Positions 39,355 through 51,230 of a stretch of DNA of 64,000 nucleotides are shown piece after piece (within the stretch, counting starts at the first letter, position 1; each line of letters opens with the position of its first letter). Below the pieces are notes generated by a model that searched no databases, was not told where the DNA came from, and was given only the letters and a program-made list of their open reading frames with translations. The DNA is from Moniliella sp. 'wahieum' (taxonomy: Eukaryota): assembly GCA_003971905.1 (NCBI GenBank), contig RSEE01000160.1, forward strand, positions 1 through 64,000, read 5' to 3'. A program made the translations under genes and the position numbers.

Positions 39355-41571
39355 TCAGGGGGCCAGGTCAGCCAGCATGGCATAGGGGTCGGTCTCGGTC
39401 TTAGTCTCGGTGCGAGACGCCTCGGGCTCAGGTTGGGCACGGGCCGAGGCCGAGGCAGGCGAAGCAGGTAAAGCAGCTCCGCGCGCGGGCGCGGGCGAGT
39501 CGGGGTCGGTCGATACCAACTCCATCGGGCTGCACGAGGAGTAGCTGAGACCGAGGTACGGTCTCGCCAGCTCCCACTCACGCTCCCGCTCCACTCCCGC
39601 TCCCGCTCCCACTCCCTCCACGGTTCCAGTTCCAGTTCCAGTTCCAGTTCCAGTTCCATTCGCAGCCGCGTTTCCTGTCGCCGTTGTGTGGTCGTTGAAA
39701 GCCGGGTCGCGCTCCTGCTCTCGAGCTTGGGTGGGACCTTGGAGTACAAGTGTGCGCCGGCGGACTTGCGAGCCACCTCGTCCAACGCGGGCGAGTCGGG
39801 AAGGCAGCGTGGGCGTGCGCCGCGATGAAGGTTTGAGGCGGGCGGTGGAAGATGGATCCGAGGGTGGCGGCATGGAGGGAGTTGGTCGAGCAGGGCGGGT
39901 CCATGCGGTCGGTTTCGGTGTTGATGGCTGGTTTGGGGGCTAGGACAACTTGTTTTGCCGCGCTTGGGTCGGTGGAGAGCATACGCCAGTACATGAATCC
40001 TCGGTCGCGTACGTCAGGGTTTTCCACTTGTTCCGTAGCTGCTTTGAGCAGCTTGGGTACCATTTCCGATGCCACTGCGGGCCGTTTGAGGAAGAGCTTG
40101 ACGGTGGCTGTGAGCAGGGCCAACTGAACCTCTGCCGGTTCGTCCAGGAAGCCAAACAAAAGTCCTCTAGCAACTCGTCTGCATTTTCAATCCGTTCCGC
40201 ATACTCGCCCAAGATCCAGATCATGGCTGCCTTGGCCTCCATTTGGTCGAGCAAGTCGAGGTGGGCACAGAGACGTGGGATGGCGCCCTCGTATTGGTTG
40301 GGATACTTTCGGAAATGTCCTTGAGCACCACCACGGCCTCTTGTACTACGTAGCTCACACCCGTCTCGACGAGCTGGAGCAGAGTGTGGACACAGGCATC
40401 GGCGCCTGCTGCGATCTTGATGGCCAATCGGCCAATGGACCTAACGGCCTTGCGAACAAAATCAATGTCCACCTCGGTAGCGTACTCATGCAGTTCCACG
40501 AGCACTTGACGAATGTTGGCCTCGGTGGTGAGGCGGTAGATGATTTCGAGCTTGGCCATCTTGACGTAAATCGGGTCATTGTATTTACAGAAAAAGATGC
40601 GCACCTCGTTGCGGAGGACGAGTGGGCGGCGTTGGATGATGAGAAGAATGTTGCGCAAGGCGACATACTGTACCTCGGGTCCGCGGTTCAGCAGGGTCAT
40701 GAGCGGCGGACTCATCTTGCGCGCCAGCGCCTCCTTGACCTCGAGGCCGGGCAATGTAATTCATCAGGTACAGCACCACCTTGGCTGCTGTCAGCACCAC
40801 GGCCGAGTTGGCCGAGCTGAGCCGGACCGCGACGCGTTCCGCCAAGATTTCCGCGTCGGCCACGTCGGTAGGCACAAAACAGCATCGACTCGAGGATGTA
40901 CACTTGGCCCCACTCGGACGTGTCGGGAGCGCCGAGACGAGTTTGGAGGCGACAGTGAGGTTGAGTTTGAGCTGGATGTTGTCGCTGCGCTCGGAGATCT
41001 CGGTAAGGGCGGCGACCGCATTGGCCACGACGGTTGCGTTGGAGTCGGCGAGCAGATCGCGCAGGCGCGCAATGAGGTGGTGCTTGTCGGCCAGCTTGCG
41101 GTCGGCCATGTACACCTTGGCCACGGCGACGGCGGCAGTCTTGCGCACGTAGGGGTCGGCGTCGCGGAGGGAGGTCTGGAGGGGGTCGATGAGCGCGTCG
41201 GTGATGACGGGGACCTGGATGGAGGACATGGTGCGGATGGCGAGGGCGCGGATGAGGGGGTTGCGGTCATGGCAGTCGCTGAGGAAGGCGGGCACGGCGG
41301 AGTGGGCGAGCTCGTGGCGCGGGCGGGCGTAGTTGATGAGGTAGAGGTAGACCATCTTCTTGATGTCGAGCACCTGGATGTTCATGCAGGCGACGACGGC
41401 GGCAAAGAGGGAGCTCATGTCGTTGCCCATGGTCATGTTGGCGACGATCTTCTTGAGCGCGGCCTTGCGGCGCGCCCAGGCCTTGTCCTTCTTGTCGTCG
41501 GTGAGCTCGGCCTTGAGGTCGGCGGCGCGCTCGCGGACGAAGAACTTGGCGTCGCGCGCGGACTCGGCCAT
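39355..41571 (-). CDS. APL1: AP-2 adaptor complex beta subunit (beta-adaptin)
   Basis: [63 protein letters not shown] and [15 protein letters not shown]. The C-terminus is short with no appendage domain. Confidence 0.92.
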
Positions 41572-41777
41572 GGGGGTGGGGGTATTGTGGGGGGGGGGTG
41601 TTGTGGGGGCGGTGCGCAGGCGGTGGAGTCGGGGGGCGGCGGGCGGAACGAGCAGGGCGGAACGGGGCGGCGGGGCGGGCGGGTTTCTGTTTGTCGGCGG
41701 CGGGAAGAAGAAACGAAAAGGGCGCTTCATTCTCTCGGCCTCCTCCGCCTCCTCCCGTCCCCGCCGCTTCGTCCACG

Positions 41778-44309
41778 ATGGCTGGAGCTGTGCTGCGTGC
41801 TGCCGCCGGCCGCATCCGCCGCCCGCCCGCCGCCCCGCCACGCGCGCCCTCGCCACCGCCGCCCCCCCGCCGCCTCTCCCGCCGCCGCCCCGCCCCCCTA
41901 CCCCGCCCTGCTCGCCAGCTCGAGCGCGTCCGCGCCATCCTCGGCCGGCCCTCACCCTGTCCGAGAAGATCCTCTATGCGCATGTCCGCGACCCCCGTCG
42001 CCGCCTTCGAGGGCGCCGGCCCCGACCCCCGCGCCGTCCGCGGCTCCCGCTACCTCCAGCTCATCATCGACCGCCTCGCCATGCAGGGTGCGTTCTCTCC
42101 CTCCCTCCTTCCCCGATCTGACTCCCCTCCTCCGCTCCTTGCCCGTACGACTCCCCCCCGCCCGCGCGCAGACGCCTCGGCCCAGATGGCCCTGCTCCAG
42201 TTCATGACGTGCGGCCTGGAGCGCGTCGCGATCCCCTCGTCGGTGCACTGCGACCACCTGATCCAGGCCTACCAGGGCGCCGACGCTGACCTGGCTCGTG
42301 CCCAGGAGACCAACGCCGAGGTGTTTGCCTTTCTGCGCTCGGCCTGCGCCAAGTACGGCATCGAATTCTGGCCGCCCGGATCGGGCATCATCCACCAGAT
42401 TGTCCTTGAGAACTATGCTGCGCCCGGCATGCTCATGCTCGGCACCGACAGCCACACGCCAACGCCTCGGGTCTCGGCGGCTTGGCCATCGGCGTTGGTG
42501 GTGCAGATGCAGTGGACGCCATGACGAATACCCCCTGGGAACTCATGGCGCCCAAGGTACTCAATGTGCACCTGACGGGCGAGCTGAGCCCGTGGTGCTC
42601 GCCCAAGGACGTCATTCTCACCCTGGCCGGCCTACTTACCGTGCGCGGCGGCACGGGCAAAATCCTCGAGTACACGGGGCCTGGGCTACTGAACATGCCC
42701 GCTACAGGTCTGGCAACCATGTCCAACATGGGTGCCGAGGTGGGCGCCACGACATCGGCGTTCCCCTACTCGGCCAAGATGGGCGAGTACCTGCGCGCGA
42801 CCGGCCGCGAGCACGTGGCCAGCCAAGCGGAGCAAGCTGCTGCCCAGGGCTACCTTTCCGCCGACCAAGATGCGCAGTACGACGACGAGGTGCACATTGA
42901 CCTGTCGAAGCTCGAGCCGACGCTCAACGGTCCTTTCACCCCGGACCTGTCCACTCCGCTCTCGCAATTTGTCGCGCGCGCCAAGGAGGACAGCCGGCCT
43001 CACCCGGTCGAGCTGACCGCCGCCCAGATTGGTTCGTGCACCAACAGCTCGTATGCTGATCTGGCGCGGTGCGCGTCGCTTGCGCGTCAGGCTACCGCGG
43101 CGGGCCTCAAGGCCAAGGTACCATTTGATGTGACTCCGGGCTCGAGCGTGTGCGCGCGACAATTGAGCGCGATGGTATCGAGGGGGACTTGACCGCGGCC
43201 GGTGCGCGTGTGCTGGCCAATGCATGTGGACCCTGCATTGGCCAGTGGAAGCGTACGGACCACCAGGGCGAGCAGAACGTGATCCTCACCTCGTTCAACC
43301 GTAACTTCAAAGGTCGTAACGACGGTAACGTCCAGACATGGAACATGCTTACTTCGCCCGAACTTGTTACCGCCATGGCGTTTGCCGGACGGGTGGATTT
43401 CAATCCGATGACCGACTCGCTTCCCACCCCGAGGGGAAGCAGTTCCGCTTCGCCCCGCCCGAGGGGGACGTGCTGCCGACCAAGGGTACGACCTGGGTGA
43501 CCAATCTCTGACTCCGGCTACCAACCCGGCGCCTCAGCCCGAAGTGGCGATTGCCATCTCGCCCGAATCGGAACGGCTCGAGGTACTGCAACCGTTCTCG
43601 TCGCCGTTTAAGAATGGGCAGTGGGAGTTACCGCCCATGCGTACTTTGCTGCGCATCCGCGGCAAGTGCACCACCGACCACATTTCCGCTGCCGGGCCTT
43701 GGCTCAAGTACAAGGGCCACCTGTCGAACTTGGCGGAGAACACGCTGATTGGCGCGTCGAACGACCAGACGGGCAACGTCAACTCGGCGGTGGACTACCT
43801 GACGGGCGAGGAGGCGACTATTCCGACAATTGCCAAGCGGTACCGCGACCGTGGCCAGGCATGGGTCTTGGTTGCGGACCACAACTACGGTGAAGGTTCA
43901 GCGCGGGAACACGCTGCGCTCCAACCGCGTTTCTTTGGGTGCAACCTGGTTGTGGCTCGGTCGATTGCTCGGATTGCAGAGACGAACCTGCGCAAGCAAG
44001 GTGTTCTCCACGCTCCTCTTTGCCAACGAGGACGATTACCTGAAGATTGGGCAGGGGGATCTGGTCGAGACGGTCAACCTCAAGGACCTGATTGACCCGG
44101 TGAAGGGTTTGCTCGATACCCAGGTGCGACTCAAGGTGACCAAGTTTACGCCCTCGGGCGAGGTGAAGGAAACGCTAGAGATTCCTACCAAGCACTCGCT
44201 CTCTGCCACCCACCTTGCCTGGATCCGTGCCGGTTCGGCGTTGAACTTGATCCGTGAGCAGGCGGAGGCCAAGAAGTCGGTTCCGCCTGCTGGTGCGGTG
44301 CCCGCGGGG
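41778..44309 (+). CDS. ACO2: Mitochondrial aconitase-family protein, Aco2/AcoB type (homocitrate dehydratase)
   Basis: [81 protein letters not shown] and AGSALN. DASAQ and GSAREH distinguish Aco2 from Aco1 (DATAQ/GSSREH). Intron ~42088-42171. No stop right after the domain (see findings). Confidence 0.93.
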
Positions 44310-44319
44310 CGCGCGGGCG

Positions 44320-45014
44320 ATGAGCACGTTTGCGCGTGCGATGGGTACGCGCGGCCTGCACACCACTTCGGCCGCGTACGCGTTCCGACACAAACGCGAG
44401 ACGCGGGTCAGTTCGCTGAACCCTTCTGACCCACGGTACGTGGCGCCCGGACGGATTCGCGGACGCAGAGCATTGTCGACCTTACCTTCCCGCTTGTGCC
44501 GAAGGAGAAGAACAACATTGCGCATGACCCGTATGCCAAGCGCTTGGCCGTCGCCGAGGAGAAGCTGCCCTATGGTCCCGAAGTGCACGTGACGATCGTG
44601 CGTGCCTACCTGCTCCACCAGAGCGTTGAGCGGGAGAAGCTGCAGGCGGACCTGCTGACCAAGTACCATGCTATGAAAGCGGCGTGCGATGACCTCAAGG
44701 CGTCCTTCCCGCTCTTGCACCAGGCTGCCGAGCAACGTACCCGGCCGAACAACCGCTCGCCCGAAGGTGGCCCGGTTGAAGCGGTACGGTCTGACGCCCG
44801 GTGCCCAGCTCATTCCCGAGTCGGAATGGACCGAGGAGACCAAGGCCAACGCCCACCGTCTGCGTCCGATCTGGTCGTCCCCCTCGGCACGAGTCAAGGT
44901 GGTGCAGCAGGGCGGCCGCCGTCTGTCGGTCTCTTCCCGCGCGAATGGCGCCTGCCCACCAAGACGCCTCGCCGCGAAGGCTGGCCGTCCTTCTCGGAGC
45001 CGGACCAGTTTTGA
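44320..45014 (+). CDS. MRPL28: Mitochondrial ribosomal protein mL40 (MRPL28-like), probably C-terminal part of an Aco2 fusion
   Basis: A presequence-like MSTFARAMGTRGLHTTSAAYA is followed by EVHVTIVRAYLLHQ...LLTKYHAMKAACDDL...A and GLFPREWRLPTKTP...W, which are MRP-L28/mL40 hallmarks. Three small indels are needed. Confidence 0.8.
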
Positions 45015-45359
45015 GATCAGACGCCGGGGAGTGGGCCCCGAAAAGAGACGGAATCGATCGATGCGCTCGTTATGTGGTGTGGGTGTGGGTGGAAGAGGGT
45101 GGAGGGCAGGTAGGTAGATGGATAGTGGATGGATGGATGGATGGATGGATGGAGGGTACACAGGCGGGAGGGTGCTTTGCTTTTAGGTAGGTTGTAGGTT
45201 GATCAGTGACAAGTGCAGCACGTGCTGATGAAGATGATTCATGCATCATGCACCATGCATCATCCATGGCGCAAGAACAAGAACGTCGGCCGGGCGAACC
45301 GACGAGCGCCAGCGTCCAACCCATCGCCATCGCCATCGCCAGCTGCGTGTGGGCCATCG

Positions 45360-46173
45360 ATGCTTGGGCGCGTGGGTCGTGTGGCGACTAGGTCAGCGGT
45401 ACAACTTGCGAGTGTATCTGGTGCACAACGGAGCATGAGCCGCAGTGCCTCGTTATCGCACGCGTTCGACACGGGCATCCACCTCGCGGCGCAAGTGCAG
45501 CTCGAAACGCCCGGGCTGAACGGGCAGGGACTGACGGGGCACTGTGTGCCGTGCACCGCTGGAGCGCCCGCGCTCGGCACCGAGGAGACCAGCACGTTGT
45601 TCCGTGAGCTCAACCATCTCAGTGCGGGGCTGGGCTACGGCACACAGCCGCCGCCCAAGACCAAGAGTGGGAAACTGTCCACGCGTCCGCGGACCGAGGC
45701 TGCATGGCGGATCCTGCACCGCGCCCAGGCCCAGGCGGACCCTACGGCAGCCTACTTTGACCCGCTTGCCCTGGCTACCGAGGGGGATGGCGCGACGTTC
45801 CCCTGCTCAGCAAACAGTATTACTTTAAGAACTACGTGGCGACCATTGCGTTTACCAATGCTCTCGCCGTCCTGGCCGAGGAGAATGGTCACCATCCGCA
45901 GCTCGTGGTCGAGTGGGGCCATGTGGGCGTGGCGTGGTGGACGCATGCGGTGGGCGGGGTACGTGACATTCCGGTGTTGCTGGGATTCGCCCAGAGGGTG
46001 TGAGAGAGTGAGAGAAGGCGGGGGGAGGGGAGGGGAGGCAAATGGAACAGAGGACTGAGTTTTACTGACCCTCTCTATCTAACCTCGATCTGGCGTAGCT
46101 GCATAAAAACGATTTCATCATGGCGGCCAAGACGGACCAACTGGGTCAACATGTGGAGGGCATTCGGCTTTGA
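45360..46173 (+). CDS. Pterin-4-alpha-carbinolamine dehydratase with N-terminal mitochondrial-presequence-like region
   Basis: HCVPC, YYFKNYVATIAFTNA, ENGHHPQLVVEWGHVGVAWWTHAVGG, an intron at 45959-46098, then LHKNDFIMAAKTD. Confidence 0.9.
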
Positions 46174-46308
46174 GAATCTAAAATCCATCTCTGTCTCTTC
46201 ATTTCTCGGTGCTCGACAGGCAGGGCGGGTGGGGGTTAGGGGTTGGGGATTGGAAGTTGGACGTTGGGACAGGAGGCGGGGAGGATAGGGGCGTGGTCTT
46301 CCAGCGAC

Positions 46309-48388
46309 TCAGCGCGCCGGACCAGGAGCAGGGGGAGGAGAGGGCCGGTGGGCACGGTGCTCATGGCCTGGGACAGACGGAAAGCTTCGGCGACTGGACT
46401 GCTTCCGGGACCCAATCCGCCTCAAACGTCTCGCTCCTCCGCAGTTCGCGCGCCCCATGCCACTTGCCGCACTGCTGGCGCCGAGTGCGCGCGGACCGAC
46501 CAAGCGCTCGAGATCGCGCGCACTACTCGCCACACACTCCTCCAACGTCGTCCCTGGGTCCGAGGCGAACCGGATCAAAAGTCCCGGATCGACGCATGGT
46601 TCCGCACCGAGGCCGCCATGCCGGCAATCTGGTAAAGTCAGTACCACAAGTAACGAGAGCAGGCGCAAAAAGTGGGCTGGGGGAGGGGGGAAGGGGAGAA
46701 GGGGGAGGAGGAAGAGAAGAGGAAGAGGAAGAAGGAGAATCAACAACATACCCGTTCGTCGATCTCGGCAATTTCCCGCGACGCAATCGACTGGGCATCA
46801 AAGCCAGCATATACATCGTGTGCCCGACGGAGGTAGTCGAGGTTGTCCAGATCCATCTCAAGGTCGTAGGCATGTTCCGCCTCGTGCGCCGGCACATCGG
46901 TCCGGATCCAGTACTCGATCACCAAGGGGGGCACGGGCTGGAGGAGACGAATGATCATCTCGGGCAGATGATGGAAGGAGACTTTGGCCGTTTGAAACAG
47001 CTGCTGGAGCGCCTCGTCGCACTTGACCATTCTCCGATCTTGTTCGTCCAAGAGCTTGTGGTCGCGGATGTAGGCCCAAAGTGCTTCCATCACCTCGGTC
47101 CGCGTGCCCTGGCGCAGATCCAAAAGCTTGGCAAACGGCGGATGCAGAGCAAACTCTTCCCGATTCGAGGCGAGGTAGAGATGCACCTTGGCCTTGAGGG
47201 GTGCATCCCATTGCGCGTAATCTCAAACCCGTCCACGCCGGGCTGACCAAGCCCTCGGGCGTCTGCTCCCACTTGATCACATTGCCCCCGTCGTTGTACA
47301 GCGTCGCATCCCGCTCTAGCTCTACCACCACCATCTTGACCAGCTTGGAGAACTTGGGGGCTCCGCTTCGCTTACCCCTTCCTGCCCCTCCGGGGGGAGG
47401 AGACGGCCTTGGATCTTCAGCGTCCAAGAAGGCGCAGCGGGGGGCGGAGCCTGGTCTGGTTTTGACCCGGCGCCTCCCTCTGTGCTCAATCGGCTCTTGA
47501 GGTGCTGTGGGGGTTGGTCCTGGGGTTGCTCCTGGGGCTGGTCCTGAGGCGGCTCTTGAGGCTGATCTTGAGCCTGTTCCTGAGCCTGCTCCTGAACTTC
47601 CTCCTGCGGCTTGTTTTGAGTCTGCTCCTGCGCCTCTCTCTGATCCTTTTCTTGTGCCTGCTCTTGGGCCTGCTTTGGGCCCGCTCCTGCTCCTGCTCCT
47701 GCCTGCTCCTGCTCCGGCTCGCTCTGCTCCTTGCCCGATGGCTGAGGCTGAGGCTGAGGCTGAGGCTGGACCTGCCACGCCTGGCCAGCCACAGTGTTAG
47801 AGAGGAAAGACGAAGAGTGCGTCGTATATGCGGTGCCTGGCGCTGCTGCAAGCTCTGGAGCAGTTCAGCGCGTTTGCGCGCGACGGTCCAGTCGAGCTGG
47901 CGTTCAAGTGTACGCAGTTGAGCGTGCAGCTCACTTTCAGGCACGTATCCACGCACCTGCACGGCAACGACCGGTCACGTTGTCCGGCCCCGCGCTTGGC
48001 CACGCGCAACCCTTCGCCCATGAGACTTCGAGCGCACTGCGCTTGAGCACCTGCGCCGTACGCTGTTTCTGCTCCGCGGCCAGTTGCGCCGCCGCCGCCC
48101 GGTTGGCCGCCTCGGTTGCGGAGCTGGTGGGGCCACGGCGCGCGCCGGCTGGGCTTGGGCGTGGGATCGAGCCTGTGCCTGAGCCTGGGCTTGAGCTTGG
48201 GCTTGGCTTGAGCTGAGCTGGGCTTGAGCTTGAGCTTGGGTGGGCTTGGGCCTGGGCTGGATGGCCATGGCGCGTGGGCATGCTGTGCGTGGGCCTGGGC
48301 TTGGGCCTGGGCCTGGGCATGTGCCTGTGCTGTGCCTGCCTGCGGGCCTGGAGCTGGGCTGGTACTGCTGGGCCTGCATGGCGTTCAT
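46309..48388 (-). CDS. SNF12: SWI/SNF-RSC subunit SNF12/BAF60 (SWIB domain)
   Basis: VPESELHAQLRTLERQLDWTVARKR, WTLKIQGRLL, DGFEITR, EALWAYIRDHKLLD and CDEALQQLF. One intron ~46751-46632. The 3' end is approximate. Confidence 0.9.
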
Positions 48389-48601
48389 GGTGGCCAGCAC
48401 GGCGAGGACGTGTGCGGAGGTGGCGGGGACGAGGGTGGAGGCGGCCAGCGGGCGCGTCGCGCTGCTCGCGACGGGCAGAACCACTCGGCCTGCCGCCTGC
48501 CGCGCGCGAATTCCGCCCGGCCTTCCGCCTGGACGCGCTCCCGCTGTACCCTATGGCCGTCCAGCATCAGACGAAGGGTGATATGTATGTGACCGCACGC
48601 A

Positions 48602-48722
48602 TCACCGCTGTGTCACACGGCCGCAGCACAGTGCATTGGGGGATGCTGTAGGGCTCTCACTGGCCGTCTGCGGCTCCCACTTGTCCTTCGCATCGCCCTC
48701 GCTCTCGTCATCACCATCATCA

Positions 48723-48755
<33 letters not shown>

Positions 48756-50951
48756 AGAGTGTGTGTTGTCTCGCCCAAGTGCTGGCCCGCCAAGGACGCC
48801 GCGCATCGTACGCTCCGCCCTCGTACTCTGCGCCTGCATCCTCCAGCTCCATCTCGGTCGCCACTCCTGCGTAGCCGTCGGTCGTGGAGCGCCAGCGGAT
48901 GGGCCAGCAGCTGCCGCCGCCCCGCTGGGTAATCCAGTACATGGGCACGCCAGCCAAGACAAACGCGAACGCCGCTAGCGCCTCGAGCGGGGCAGCAAAG
49001 ATGGGCATCAGCAAGAGGAAGAGCGCGACGCTGCTGAATAGGATGGGTGTGGTGAGCCACGTCTGCACAAAAACAAAACACAGAAGGTAGTAGGTAGGTT
49101 AGGTGGCGCACCCGCATGCAAGGCCAAGGGAAGCAGGAGAGAAAGGAGAGAAAAGAGATAGAGACAGAGACCGAGGTGGACGACGTACCTTGTACGGCCG
49201 CTCCCATGCCGACTCTTTGACGCGCAGCACCAACAGTCCCATCACCGTAGCAAAGTACCCGCCCCAGGAACAGACGCCATAAAAGTTGACCATCGAACTG
49301 AACCCGTCGCCGACCAAGACAAAGATGCACATCAGTGTCATTTCCAGTAGGATGGCGCGAATGGCCGTCTTGCGCCGTGGGTGGACCGCGGCAAAGAACG
49401 GTCCGCCAGGCAGGTACCCTTCGGAGGCGGCGGTGGAAATGAGCCGGGCGGTGGTGATGAAGGACGCGTTGAGTGCGCCAAAGCACGAGAAGGCGACTAG
49501 CGAAGCGAACAACACGCCCCCGACACCACCTAGCACTGTTCGCCCGAAATCCAGAGCGACAGTGTTGGTCTTGGCGACCGCAGCGGGCGGCAGGACGAGA
49601 AAGTACGAGGTGACAGTCAGTAGGAAGACACCAAGACGACCGAGAGGGACCAGTGGATGACGCGTGGCAAGTCCCGCTTGACATTCTTCATTTCGCCCGC
49701 AATGTAGCACACTTGGTCCCACCCGTCAAACGCCCAGAGACCACTGTAGAGCGCAAGAGCATACGAGCCCCACGAGGTGCTGCTCCCGGCAAACAAGTTG
49801 TGGACACTGGAGAAGGCCACGCGCGACTCTTGTGGCATCTGGCCGCGTGCGACCTGGACAATCGCAAAGATTGGGATGGCCGCCAAGGCAAGCAGCTTCA
49901 GGGTCGTAGTGAGGTTCTGCAAGCGCGTGCCCAGGCGGGCCGAGAGGCAATGAACAATGGCGAGGAGGATGATCAGCGATACGGCAATCACTTTGGACAT
50001 CCAAACAGGCAGTTCCTCCACTGCCAACGCCGCGCGTGCACCCCAGCGGAGGCGGAAGCAGCAGCAGATGCAGAACCAGAGGCAGAACCAGAGTGCGAAA
50101 GTGGGGGCTGGTCGTGCTTGCGAAAGTGGAGGATGATGCGAGCAATGTACTCGCCAAAGATGATGGCAATGATCGCACCGCCGCCCGGCTTGAGGGCGGT
50201 GATGGCGGTCCAGCTAAAGAGGTAGGAAGGCAGGGCGCCCAAACTGAAGAAAAGGTAGCTCTGTGCGCCGCCGTTGAGGGGGATCATGGCGCCTAGCTCG
50301 GCAAAGGAAGCGCGCCGGTCCAGGCCAGAAAGCCGCTTAAAATCCAGACACACAGCGACGCACCCACCGATCCAGCACGCAGCGTGAGCACACCGGGCGA
50401 ACTAAAAATGCCCGAGCCCACTTGCATTCCGATGGTCAGCGCAATGCCATCAAACAGGTTGATGCGCTTGGAGGCGGTGGGGGAGGGGTGAACTCGGTGG
50501 GGGCAAAGCGGAGGTTGGGGCCGGCGCGTGCGATGCAGGGAAGGAGGAGGAGGAGGAGCCATGGGGTTCGGGGAGGAAGTGAGCCGGTCCGAGGCGTACG
50601 TCCTGCCGCCGTCCTCCAACGATTCGTCGGCAGCCGACAGGGATAATGGCAGGAGATGGTCGCGGAAATTGAAGCTGAGCGCATCGACACTGGCCCTGCC
50701 CAAGGCGGTGGCGGCATGGAGGACGTGGCTGTTGGAGGCGGGGGGGTGGGAGGCGCCGGGGGGCGGCGCTGGTGCGGACTGGGAGGCTGCTGGTGGGGCG
50801 GGAGGGGCGGATGGATCGGGTGCGTCAAAGACGACGAGGCTGTGGCGGCGGAAGGGGCGTCGAAGGCGTGGGGGGCAGCGCCGGCGAGGGAGGGCGTGTT
50901 GGGTATGTTGGCGTGTGCGATTGCCTCGCCCACCTCGTCGCGCGGGGGCAT
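48602..50951 (-). CDS. APC-superfamily amino-acid permease (LAT/MUP1-like)
   Basis: GIALTIGMQVGSGIFSSPG, SFAELGAMIPLNGGAQSYL, ALYSGLWAFDGWDQ, GEMKN and ERPYK. One intron near 49070-49190. Confidence 0.88.
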
Positions 50952-51230
50952 GTCTGGTTGGTGGAGGTGGTGGTGGAGGAGGAGGAGGAGGAGAGGAGGA
51001 GGAGGAGGAGGAGGAGGAGGAGGAGGAGGAAGGAGGAGAGGAGCCAGAGCGGCGCGGCGGAATTGGCGGGCGTCTTCGCTAACCCCCACAGGCCGGTGTG
51101 CTCCACGCTGTCCCAGTCACGCGTGCGAGCAGGCGAGGGCGAGGGCGAGTGACGTGGCCGCCGCTGCCTTCTTCTGGCAGCTCAACACGTGGCGTGCCCG
51201 CCGCTGCCCCCACCGCCTCGCCCGCCCGCC

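Noticed and set aside
39355..39900. Truncated beta-adaptin lacking the appendage domain
   Set aside because: Loss of the clathrin-binding beta appendage in Dikarya AP-2 is already established.
21028..44309. Lysine-biosynthesis cluster (LYS5 PPTase + ACO2)
   Set aside because: The two genes are ~19 kb apart, separated by unrelated genes, and no other AAA-pathway genes or NRPS/PKS are present.
27200..46180. Cryptic peroxisomal targeting by stop readthrough in PK, mL40 or PCD
   Set aside because: There is no TGA-CTA context at these stops, and the PCD terminus -IRL is not a canonical PTS1.
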